64,000 nucleotides of DNA, from positions 77,872,001-77,936,000 of the forward strand of contig OX597819.1 of assembly GCA_951406725.2 (NCBI GenBank), given 5' to 3'. Below are positions 14,435 through 25,058 of this stretch, piece after piece (position 1 is the stretch's first letter; each line of letters opens with the position of its first letter). The DNA is from Octopus vulgaris. Its lineage: Eukaryota. The notes beneath the pieces were generated by a model that saw only the letters and a program-made list of their open reading frames with translations, did not search any database and was not told the origin of the DNA. Both the position numbers and the translations under genes were made by a program.

Positions 14435-14884
14435 ATGGGTGGATCTATATGTGTGCGTGAAGAGAGAATCAGAGAGAATCGTATTACAGAGAGAATCACA
14501 TTACAGACATAAGTGAGAGAGATAAATTACGAGATGTGTATTAAAAGATAGAGAAGAGAAGACAACGAATGAGAGAGAGAGAGAGAGAAAGGGAGAGAGA
14601 GAGAGAGAGAAAGGGAGAGAGAGAGAGAGAAAGGGAGAGAGAGAGAGAGAGAAAGGGAGAGAGAGAGAGAGAGAAAGGGAGAGAGAGAGAGAGAGAAAGA
14701 GTGAGGGATAGAAAGAGAGAGAGAGAGAGAGAGTGTGTGTGTGTTTGAATGAAAGTGAGAAGGAGAAAAGTGCGGAGATCATAAACAAGCGGAAAAAGAA
14801 TCAGAGTTGATATCGGTCCCTATGAATCAAACTGGCAGCACGGTTTCGATATCTGGTTGTGCATCTTCCACTTCATATATATAC

Positions 14885-15297
14885 TCTCTTACACAGTTCA
14901 GTCATTTCATTGCTGCCATGCTGAAGCACCACCTTTAGTCGAAGAAATCGATCCAAGAACTTATTCTTTGTAAGCTTAGTACTTATTCTATCGGTCTCTT
15001 TTGCCAAACCGTTAAGTTTCGGGAACATTAACACATTAACAGCGGTTGTCAAGCGATGGGGGTGGGGGGTGGCATACAAACACAGACACAAAGAGACACG
15101 CACATAAATATATTTACATACACATATACATACGACGGGCTTCTTTCAGTTTCCGTCTATCAAATCCACTCACAGGGCTATGGTCGGCCCGAGGCTATAG
15201 GAGAAGACACTTATCCAAGGTACCACGCCGTAGAACTGAACCCGGAACCATGTGGTTGGGAAGCAAACTTCTTACCACGCAGCCACGCCTGCGCCTA
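14885..15297 (-). mobile_element. tRNA-derived SINE family B
   Basis: Minus-strand AGGCGCAGGCGTGGCTGCGTGGTAAG...GGTTCAGTTC, internal microsatellite and 3' GGTGGTGCTTCAGCATGGC tail. Confidence 0.9.
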
Positions 15298-15737
15298 TAG
15301 CCACGCCTGTACCTATAGCCACGCCTTCACCTACGGCTAAAATTCTTTATGAATATTACAGGCGTCACAATCCCCATTTTTCTACCCTTTCTGAATTCAA
15401 CACCGTTTATCACTTAGCAACTGCAATTGCGTGAACGTAATTAGTCACACTACCAATTATCTAACAATCATTACAAATAATTACGTATTGTTATTGTGGC
15501 TATTTAACAACAGGACAACCCTAATCAACCAGTTCTATGAATAAGGGTGTTATAACTGTAATCACCACATCGTAGTTCTCAGGTGTCGTGTAAATATCTG
15601 ATCCAATGTGCTATTTCTATTGTTAAGATGATTGAGTGTGATTTAGTTGCTATTTCTAGCAGGTCAGTTGACCGTGTTGGCATTCTCTGAATGTGATGAT
15701 GTGTAGCATGTGTATACATACTTGGTAATTCTTTCTA

Positions 15738-16055
15738 TGAAGGTGCGTGGCTTAGTGGTTAGGGTATTCGGCTAACGATCGCGAGGTCACGAGTTCGATT
15801 CCCGGCGACGCGTTGTGTCCTTGTGTAAGACACTTTATTTCATGTTGTCCACTCAGCTGCCGTAAATGAGTGGTACCTGTATTTCAAAGGGCCAGCCTTG
15901 TCACATTCTGTATCACGCTGAATCTCCCTGAGAACTACGTTAAGGGTAGACGTTTCCGTGGAATGCTCTGCCATTTGCACGTAAATTCCACGAGCAGGTA
16001 GATCAGTTGATCGGATTAAGTGGAACCTTCGTTGTCGTAATCGACGGAGCGCCAG
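15738..16055 (+). mobile_element. SINE family C, tail type 2
   Basis: GAAGGTGCGTGGCTTAGTGGTTAGG (A box), GAGTTCGATTCCC (B box) and TTGTGTCCTTG..AAGACACTTTA central domain. Confidence 0.9.
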
Positions 16056-16162
16056 TTTTAAATTCTTTCCAATATTGGCACAGCGCCGGTAATTTCGAGA
16101 AAGGAGGCAAGTCGTTTGCATCGACCTCAGTACGCGACTAGTACGTAATTAGTTTTAGCTGC

Positions 16163-16203
<41 letters not shown>

Positions 16204-16262
16204 ATGGCGATGGCCAGTATTGGTCAATTACACCTATGAAGAAACACGCTCCATCCTTAACC

Positions 16263-16495
16263 TATTTCTTTACTACCCATAAGGGGCTAAACACAGAGGG
16301 GACAAACAAGGACAGACAAACGGATTAAGTCGATTATATCGACCCTAGTGCGTAACTGGTACTTATTTATTCGACCCCGAAAGGATGAAAGGCAAAGTTG
16401 ACCTCGGCGGAATTTGAACTCAGAACGTAACGGCAGACGAAATACTGCTAAGCATTTCGCCCCGCATGCTAACGTTTCTGCCAGCTTACCGCCTT
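16263..16495 (-). mobile_element. SINE family A monomer with perfect 20-bp TSD
   Basis: AACACGCTCCATCCTTAACC at 16243-16262 and 16496-16515. Confidence 0.95.
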
Positions 16496-16539
16496 AACAC
16501 GCTCCATCCTTAACCAACCCACAACGGTTTTCTAATTAC

Positions 16540-16810
16540 ATAATGTAACAATTCTTGTGTTAGCTGGATTGTTAATTACTTTATGTGAGGACTAGCGAGT
16601 TGTCTGAATATTTAATTACTTGGTTTAATGGTTAGTGCGATAGCTAGGTTGCTATTAAGTATTTGGCCGGAATTGCTAATGTTTTATGTAATGGAAATTT
16701 AATAGATTTTTAATGACGTTATTTGATAGAATATTAATTAGTTTGCCAGTCACAATGCATAGCAGTTAGTCAGATTCTTTGATAGTTACTTTCTGATGGC
16801 CAGTGTTAAC
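16540..16810 (-). repeat. Inverted copy of the 40-bp degenerate minisatellite
   Basis: Reverse complement contains AAGTAATTAACAATCCAGCTAAC and TAGCAACCTAGCTATCGCACTAACCAT. Confidence 0.65.
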
Positions 16811-16817
16811 TTTATCT

Positions 16818-17096
16818 CAGTGGTTCTCAACCGAGGTCTATATAAGATATTTTGGGGTCCACGCTAGCAAAATAGTAAAATGGGGGCCCACAGTAGTATT
16901 TTAAGAGTCCACGATGAGTTTGATTTAAATGTATGTAATACAAGAAACGGGTAGGTTTCTTTCTGTAACGTTTTAGGTAGTTCAACCTACACAAGTAAAT
17001 GAGTGAATAACTAAATAGGAATTTTGAAAGAAGCCTCTATAAAACTAGCTTTTAAACATCGCATGGCGAAGGGCGTCCACTAGAATAAAATTGTAA
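16818..17096 (+). mobile_element. hAT-like non-autonomous element fragment
   Basis: Starts CAGTGGTTCTCAACC (Charlie/hAT-type TIR); 17030-17095 is the reverse-complement homolog of 51955-52018. Confidence 0.55.
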
Positions 17097-17617
17097 GTGG
17101 ATTTATTTAGGTAAATTTTCTACAGCTAGATCCCCTTCCTGTCACCAACCATTATGCCTCTAAGCTAAGTATTATTTCCCCTTGGCCTGACAGGTTTTTG
17201 CAGAAAATTGAGAATGAATGACACTGCTTGTGTGACAGTGACAAACATCAAGTCACATACCCCAGTTACCAGAACAATGCCATTCTAAAACAGCTTTTAA
17301 ATAGACGTTAAGGGAAGGGAAAAAAGGGGAAGCCCCAAGATTACATTCAGGACTGATATTAAAGAGGCCAATATCAAATGGCTTGATACAGAAAAAACTG
17401 CTGCCAACAGAAACCAATGATGTTGAATTGCTGCCCAATTTGCTCAAGAGCACAGGGAGAGCTGACATTGATTAAGGCCAAACAACAACTTGCATTCAGC
17501 CTGTCTTTCTTAGTGTGAGTCCATTCATATCTAAAGAACTTAACTTTTAACAGTAAAAAAAAAACACCGCTTTATATAGTAGCTAATTTCAAGCACAATC
17601 TGTCTTGGACAACATTA

Positions 17618-17800
17618 TAAGGCGGCGAGCTGACAGAATCTTTAGCACACCGGGAAAAATGCTTAAAAGCATGTCGTCTGTCCTTACGTTTTGAGTTCAA
17701 ATTCTGCCGAGGTCGAGTTTGCTTTTCATCTTTTCGGGGTCAACAATTTAAGTACTAGTCGAGCACTGGGGTCGAGCATTGTAATCGACTAGCCCCCACC
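17618..17800 (+). mobile_element. SINE family A copy
   Basis: AAGGCGGCGAGCTGACAGAATC head, GAGTTCAAATTC and body motif. Confidence 0.85.
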
Positions 17801-19407
17801 CCACCCCACCCCACCCCACAAAGTTTCAGTATATTTTGGACCAAAATATTCAGTGTATTCTGTCTGACGATATGGTATGATTCGATTAGTGATTCGGCTG
17901 CTGTGGTATAGCGGGTCGAGTGATTGCATAGAAGCTACCACGATGGCTCTCACATTAGTAATGCATCAGTATATGAGAACTTTGTATGTAGCAGAAAATA
18001 ATACAATCATCAGTTAACCATCAGTAGCCCAATACATCAACTAAACATCAAATTAATGACCATTGCACGAACAGATGATAATAGTGTCGTTGTTATCTGT
18101 TCAGACGTATGGTATATCTGGAGCGAATAGTGTATGTGCGGATCGCACCTGGCTGCTCTATTACTTATGTGACTTAGATTTACTCGGACAGTTATGACAG
18201 GGGCTACACAACAGCAAGAACGTTAATTAAGAATAAGACCATTAATCACTAATTAATAAACCAATTACGCCACTTGCAATCCAAATCAAGTATTATAACC
18301 ATGTAATTAATTCGCCATTATACCATCAATCAGTTTTATTAAGTGGTAAACCAGCAACAACATCCACCAAACAGTTCATAAGAAAGTTCGCAGAAGAGTG
18401 TGATAAGTTTAATAGCCGTGATGAGAGAAGATTTTAACGCCTCGGATTTTTTCTTTTGCCAAAGAGTGAGCAAGAGAGGGACAGAGAGCGCATGTGTGTA
18501 TCTGTGTGTGCGTGAGAGAGTGAGGAGGAGAGGGGAGGGAGAGAGTATGAAGTAGAGAGAGAGTGAGAGAGGCGAGATAGAGTTAGAGAAAGAGAGAGGC
18601 GAGACAGAGTGAGAGAGAGAGAGGAGGTGAGACAGAGTGAGAGAGAGGTGAGTGAGAGAGAGAGAGAAAGAGAGAGAGAAGAAAATGATAAGTTCAGTTG
18701 CTTTGATGAGGGAAAATTCTTAACGCTTCAGATTATTTTCTTTCGTCAGAGAGTGGGCAATATAAGACCAGAGTGCTTATGTGTATGCATGTGCGTGTGT
18801 GTGAGACAGAGAGAAGAGGAGAAGAGGGGAAGAGAAAAGACAGAAAGTGTATGTTTATATCTGTGTAATAACGATGTCTTAAAATTTTGGCACAAGGCCA
18901 GCAATTTCGGGGGAGGAAGCATTAGAACTTAGAACCCCAGCGGCATTAGAACTTAGAATGTAATGTCGGAAGAAATTCCGCTAAGTTCTAATGCCACTGG
19001 GGTTGTCCGTCGCGGTAACGATCTTGTCAATTCGCCAAACCAACTGCATTGCTGGATTTAAATCAAGCTGATAAAATATCAATTATATTTAACAATCCAA
19101 CAAGTTGACTAATAATCAAACGGGTTCGAGTAATTAGCAAGCAAATTAAGCTACTAGCTTTCAAATTAAAAAGTAGCAATGCAAACAATTTAACAAACAC
19201 GTACATTGATATTAATCATTATGTAAAGTAACGAGAAATCCAACGAAATCATTAGGAATCAGCTAAAATAAATTCGCCAACGTATTAACACTTTGCCAGT
19301 CCAAAACATTTCCATAATTTTGTCCTTAAAATCAGTGCTTGTCTTCAATCTTCTAGTCAGTCCTTGTTTCATACGTTCTGAGTAATATAACTTCTTTATA
19401 TAAAAAG

Positions 19408-19648
19408 GTAAAGGGTAAAGACCCCCTTCGGTCATGAATGACCATGGGATAGCATCTAGAAAGTTACCCTCCGAGGCACAAGTCCAGGCAAGTTTGTCTA
19501 TGGAAGACACAGCAGTCGCTCACACATACCAGCAACACCACTCCACGCCACCGATGTAATCCAAGGGCAAAGACCGATACAGCTTGACTCCAGTGACATC
19601 GCAACCCATTTCTACAGCTGAGTGAAATAGAGCAACGTGAAATAAAGT
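19408..19648 (-). mobile_element. SINE family C 3' part, tail type 1
   Basis: Reverse complement matches 44590-44828 (CAGCTGTAGAAATG...GAGGGTAACTTTCTAG...CCCATGGTC...GACCGAA). Confidence 0.8.
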
Positions 19649-21479
19649 TAAATTGTCAACTGCAACGTTAAGTAATTAGCAACAAAACCAACTCCCTGCG
19701 TATCAGATAAAGTAACTAGCAATCAAGCTCGCTAGAGGTGACATAAAGCAATTAACAATCCAGCCAAGAAAAGATAATTAGCACTTTGACAATTTAACTA
19801 ACGACCACACCAATTCACAGGCCATCAGATAATGTACTTAACAGACACCCGAGTCGGAGAGGTTGTTTCAGCGCGTCTCTCTCGTCGTCATCCGGGGAAC
19901 GCGTTTTCCATTTTGTTCGCGGGACCATGAGGCAGATTGACAAATCTTTTTAGTCATAACTGTTGCAACCATTTATTAAACGAGTAAAATTAGGAAAATC
20001 AATAATTAAAGTATTTCACAAGATTGATCACGAAAACAAAACAAAAAAATTTGGAAAAATCCCAAAACTAAAAATGAAATAAATTGACCCTACTGATGTA
20101 CTAAGGAATTTAATCAAGTAATTAGTAAACACAAAAACATTTGAGTACTCCATCTAATATGCAAAATATAAAATTACTAATTAGTAATCCAACTACTTTC
20201 CGAAACAACATATAAACCAATTACAATTCAATCAACTCTCTGATCGCCATATTAATTAGCAAACCAGCCAATTGGCTAACTACCAAGTAAAGTGATAAGC
20301 CGGCTATCCATTAAGCTAACCATTACATAAATAAATTAATTAGCAATCCAGCCAACATTACATAAGCCAATTAGCTACTAGTTGTACCGCTAATTGCCTG
20401 ACTAATAATGAAATTATATATCTCACCAATAAACAGCTCAGTTACATTGAATTCCAGCAACCATCAATCAACGTATAAAGTAACTAGCTATTAAGCTCAC
20501 TAAGCATCACACAAAGAATTAGCAATCTCGGAAACCTTATTAGCAATCCAGCCAACTCATTAAGTAAGTAGCAATCCATCGCACTCATGCATAGAGCAGC
20601 TAGCAATCTAAACATATGGCTAGCTATCATTAAAACTAATAAGCAATCTAGCTGATTCACTAACCATCAGATAAAGCAATAAGCACTATTACTAATCATC
20701 AGATAAAACAATTAGCAATTCAGCCATCTCACTAATCGTTAATAAAGATAATGTTTAACTATTCAGCAAAGTCAATGACTATGATACCAAAGAAATAAAT
20801 TGGCAATCGACTACTTCATTAACTAAAAGATGAAATAATAAGCAATCCATTTATTTCAATAGCGATCATATAAAGTCGTAAGCAACCCAGCTGACATACT
20901 AGCCATCAGAGAGTAATTAGCAAAGAACCTCACTAACAACTATGCAATGTGATTGGCGATCCATATAAAGTCATCAGTAAGTAACTAACGAAGAATTTGA
21001 TTATCAGCTACGCAATGTAACTGGCTATCCAAGTAAAGACCTATTTAATCTCTATCACATAATGCATTAGCAATCCAACCAAACATTAATTACCAACCTA
21101 AGCATCGCACTAACTATTAAAGCAAGTAGTTAAAAATACAGTCAGCTTATTAGTCATTACACAATGTAGCTAGCAGTGCAGCTAGCTCTCGAATCGTCAT
21201 ATCATGTAATTAGCAAACCAGCTATCTTACAAACCAACATTAGCGAAATCTGCAACCTACCTAACTTAATAACCATTACTTAAAGCTATTAGCAATCAGC
21301 CAACTCATTAGCTAAAAAATAGATTAATTTTTTTTAAAAAACATCTATATCATTAGTTCTTAGCAATTTAGACAACGAAGAAACTACCATATAAAGCAAA
21401 TAGTTGTAAATAAGCTCGCCAATTCTCGGATACAAGTTTCGATGAAATGTAACAGTAAGTACATGAAGTGTAACAGTAA

Positions 21480-21830
21480 GGAAAAAACTGAATGCATTCC
21501 ATCAGACGTTTTTGAATACTATTGGTATTCTGCATGAAATGTATAGGAATCGAATCATCAAAGCGGAAAAAAGAAACTGAATGAGCTCAGAATAAGGGTA
21601 TGTTGCTTAAGTCATTTATTGAAATGAAGTGTTGGAAAGGTACTGAAAAAGATACTGGAGGAAATCGTGAAGCTGACAAAGGAGCGATGGAAAGGCCTAT
21701 GCTAACACGGCAAATACGCATAAAAATATATGATCTGAAACGCGATATCAGCTTAGAGGCAGATATGGTAGATGTGAACGCACCGATGTGAAGCTCAGCA
21801 TGGGAGCGACCAGATTCTAAGATTTAATCG
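21480..21830 (+). mobile_element. Highly decayed RTE-like LINE 3' fragment
   Basis: Fragmentary translation KKLNAFHQ...RPMLT..DL resembling RTE C-termini; a similar remnant lies at ~17270-17480. Confidence 0.4.
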
Positions 21831-23120
21831 CTAAACATCAAAATCTGGAATCCAACATACTAGTCATCAACAAAGCTGATAGCAATATCCTTCTCATTAA
21901 TGGCAATTAACCTATGAATCATACAGTTAGAAATCCAACGATCAGAAAATGTAATTTGCTACCAAACTCATTAATAATTACATCAAGAAATTAGTAATCC
22001 AGCTAACTTATTAATCATCAAATAATTTTAACAATTTAACAAAACCTACAACAATCACACAGAGTAATTAGCAATCCCGCTAGCTCAGTAACTCACATAA
22101 AGTATTTGGACAAGCTTGCTAAATCATTAACCTTTAGGCAAATTTATCAGCAGTTTAACTCATTAATCATCAAATGAAGCAATTAGCAATCCAGCCAACT
22201 CACTACTAGTCGCATAAATCTTTTAGCAATCCAAACAATTCTCTAGTTATCAGATCAAGTAATTTAAAGATCCAACTATCTCACTAACCACCATGCAATT
22301 ATTAATTAATTAGCAATCCGACCAACTCACTGATTATCACACAATGCAAGTTGCAATTCAGCCATCTCATTAACCATAGGAAAATTTAATTAGCAATCCA
22401 GCCAACTCGCTAAACATCAAATTAGATAATTAGCAAGAACAATAGTGATTTCCGTTGCAGGGTTAGAGTTAATATTTATCATCGGTTGCATTGATCTAGC
22501 AGTATTATTATTAACACCTCCATCACCTCCATCACCACCATCACCACCACCACCACTACCACTACCACCGCCATCGCCAACAACTACAAATGTAACCACC
22601 ACAAACTACCAACGCAAGTAGTACTTCTCTACCACTGCCACCATGACCACCACCACCACCACCACCACAACAACAACAACAACAACAACAACAGCAACAA
22701 CACCCACTATTCGTACTTCGACCCTTAACCCCACCACACCATCACCTCAACCACCGTCGCCATCGCCACCACCACCACTCCACCGCTACCACAGCCACTG
22801 CGGCCAACAATGCAATTATAGTTATCTCAACCGCCACAATTAGTACGCCACTACCACTGCCGCCATCACTACCTCTTCCTCTTCCACCACCACCATTAAC
22901 TCCAGTGAACATGTCTTTCCAATTGCATTTTTACATATATTTCGGAGATGTATCATTTCAAAATGATGAAATATTAGGAAAACAAGTTAATCGTTTTAAT
23001 AATTCAGTGAAAACATTGCGCTAAACGACACATTATTCACAATATCAGTAAAATATTATTAAAAAAATGTGTTTTCTTTGTCGAATATTGCTGTTGATTC
23101 TTCCTCTACCTCCTCCCCCG

Positions 23121-23340
23121 TTTCTTCTTCTTCTTCTTCTTCTTCTTCTTCTTCTTCTTCTTCTTCTTCTTCTTCTTCTTCTTCTTCTTCTTCTTCTTCT
23201 TTTTCTTCTTCTTCTTCTTCTTCTTCTTCTTCTTCTTCTTCTTCTTTTCTTCTTCTTCTTCTTCTTCTTCTTCTTCTTCTTCTTCTTCTTCTTCTTCTTC
23301 TTCTTCTTCTTCTTCTTCTTCATCTCCTCCTCCTCCTTCT
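23121..23340. repeat. (TTC)n microsatellite
   Basis: Direct observation. Confidence 0.95.
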
Positions 23341-23461
23341 TCACCAACACATAACATCATGGCCAACGATGACACCACCTGAGCGCAAATGGCTTCCTTG
23401 CATTTAGGCTTGATGTGTCTCCAGGATGCAAGATATAACATACATACATACATACATATAT

Positions 23462-23497
<36 letters not shown>

Positions 23498-23543
23498 ATA
23501 GATAGATAGATAGATAGATAGATTGATAGATAGACAGACAGAC

Positions 23544-23627
<84 letters not shown>

Positions 23628-23629
23628 TC

Positions 23630-23871
23630 TTATTTCTTATTTGCTTCAGACATTTGACTGAGGCTATACTGGAGTACTGCCGTTAGTCGAACAAATCGAC
23701 CCCAGGACTTATTCTTTGTAAGCCTAGTACTTATTCTATCGGACTCTTTGGCCGAACCGCTAATTACGGGGACGTAAAAACACTTACCTAAGGTTTCACA
23801 CAGTGGGACTGAACCCGGAAGCATGTGGTTGGTAAACAATTTTCTTACCACAAAGCCACTCTTACGCCTAT
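23630..23871 (-). mobile_element. SINE family B with internal deletion
   Basis: Head (23785-23871) joined directly to the 3' half; microsatellite-bearing middle missing. Confidence 0.85.
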
Positions 23872-23909
23872 GTATACAGACACACATACGTACACACAAG
23901 CACATTTAT

Positions 23910-23978
<69 letters not shown>

Positions 23979-24164
23979 CACACATACATATATATAAATA
24001 TGTAAGTGTATATATACTCACACATGCACGTATATATATACATATAATAATAATAATATGAGGGAATATTATTCCAAACTTACAGGGAAAAATTCAATTT
24101 AAAAATACTAAATCAAATTTCACAAAATATAATATATATATATATATAAAACACTTTTTATCAC

Positions 24165-24210
24165 TACGCGTTTCGGGATTCGAATTATAAAAATTCATTT
24201 CCTTCATCAG
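24165..24210 (-). ncRNA. Hammerhead ribozyme motif (minimal, Penelope-type)
   Basis: Minus strand CUGAUGA-AGGAAAUGAAUU-UUUAU-AAUUCGAAUCCC-GAAACGCGUA^GUGAUA; intact core, palindromic ACGCGU stem III; upstream UAUUAU can pair with GUGAUA. Confidence 0.65.
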
Positions 24211-24637
24211 CATAATATTTCGAGAATAATAAGTTTGAAAATGCCAAAACCTACCCTTTGCATCTTCGACCAAGCGACATCGAAACATAACACAAAGTGG
24301 TCAACATTTCCAAACTTTATAGACGAGTAATTTCATATTTTTTCCCCAGGATTACCAGGGAAAAATATAAAATTTATTTTGGGGTTTAAACGTGCATCTG
24401 AATCTGAAAAACGTGCGGTCATTTTCAAACCTCAAAACTCATTCTCCGCTCTCTCCCTCTCTCTCTCTCGTTCTCTCTCTCACTCTCTCGTTCTCTCTCT
24501 CTCTCTCTCGTTCTCTCTCTCTCTCTCTCGTTCTCTCTCTCTCTCTCTCGTTCTCTCTCTCTCTCTCGTTCTCTCTCTCTCTCACTCCCTCTGTCTCTCT
24601 CTGTGTCTCTCTGTCTCTCTGTCTCTCTGTCTCTCTG

Positions 24638-24690
<53 letters not shown>

Positions 24691-24691
<1 letters not shown>

Positions 24692-24716
24692 AATCCTTAA
24701 ATCCTTAAATCCTTAA
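24691..24716 (-). repeat. LINE 3' terminal repeat (TTTAAGGA)3
   Basis: + strand AAATCCTTAAATCCTTAAATCCTTAAA; short 8-bp 3' tandem repeats are characteristic of CR1-type LINEs. Confidence 0.85.
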
Positions 24717-24774
24717 AAATGTTTTAGCCCGAAGGCCGCGGCCATGCTGGGGCACCACCGCTGAATGAGCTACA

Positions 24775-25058
24775 CTAGTTTGTGAATCCACCTCTGATAC
24801 GTGGCACTTGATCAACAAGGGAGTTCGATGCTGCTGCCCGCATCCGTGTCTCCTGTCGTGAGGTAGGTTCATCTGGGACTCCCAACAAGAAGAGATCCAG
24901 TTTAGTTTTAAAGAAACCCACATCCACACCATGTAAGTCTCTCAGGCATTTAGGGAGGATGTTAAAGAGCTGTGGTCCTCTGAAACCCAAGCTGTTGCAG
25001 TATCTGGACCTGTATTTTGATGGTGATGTTGGAATCCTTGGCACCACGCAGCGGCGCC
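24775..25058 (-). CDS. Frameshifted true C-terminus of the LINE pol ORF
   Basis: Alternate frame GRRCVVPRIP...SLGFRGPQLFNILPKCLRDL...FKTKLDLFLLGVPDEP...AAASNSLVDQ...* continues the RT ORF if one G is restored at the C-run 25057-25059. Confidence 0.85.

Larger units (their letters stand above)
19050..22440 (+). repeat. Degenerate ~40-bp minisatellite (consensus ~AATTAGCAATCCAGCCAACTCACTAACCATCAGATAAAGT) with inserted elements
   Basis: Core TTAGCAATCCAGCCAAC recurs; 40-bp phase visible at 22181/22221/22261 and 22308/22348/22388/22428. Confidence 0.8.

Noticed and set aside
15738-15810. tRNA genes at SINE heads (also 44490, 57356)
   Set aside because: A/B boxes are present, but there is no complete cloverleaf and each continues into a SINE body.
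19050-22440. CRISPR-like repeat-spacer array
   Set aside because: Units are degenerate along their whole length, there are no unique spacers or cas genes, and the context is eukaryotic; this is a minisatellite.
24691-24716. Telomere-like repeat
   Set aside because: There are only three copies of TTTAAGGA, positioned exactly at the LINE 3' end; it is a LINE tail.
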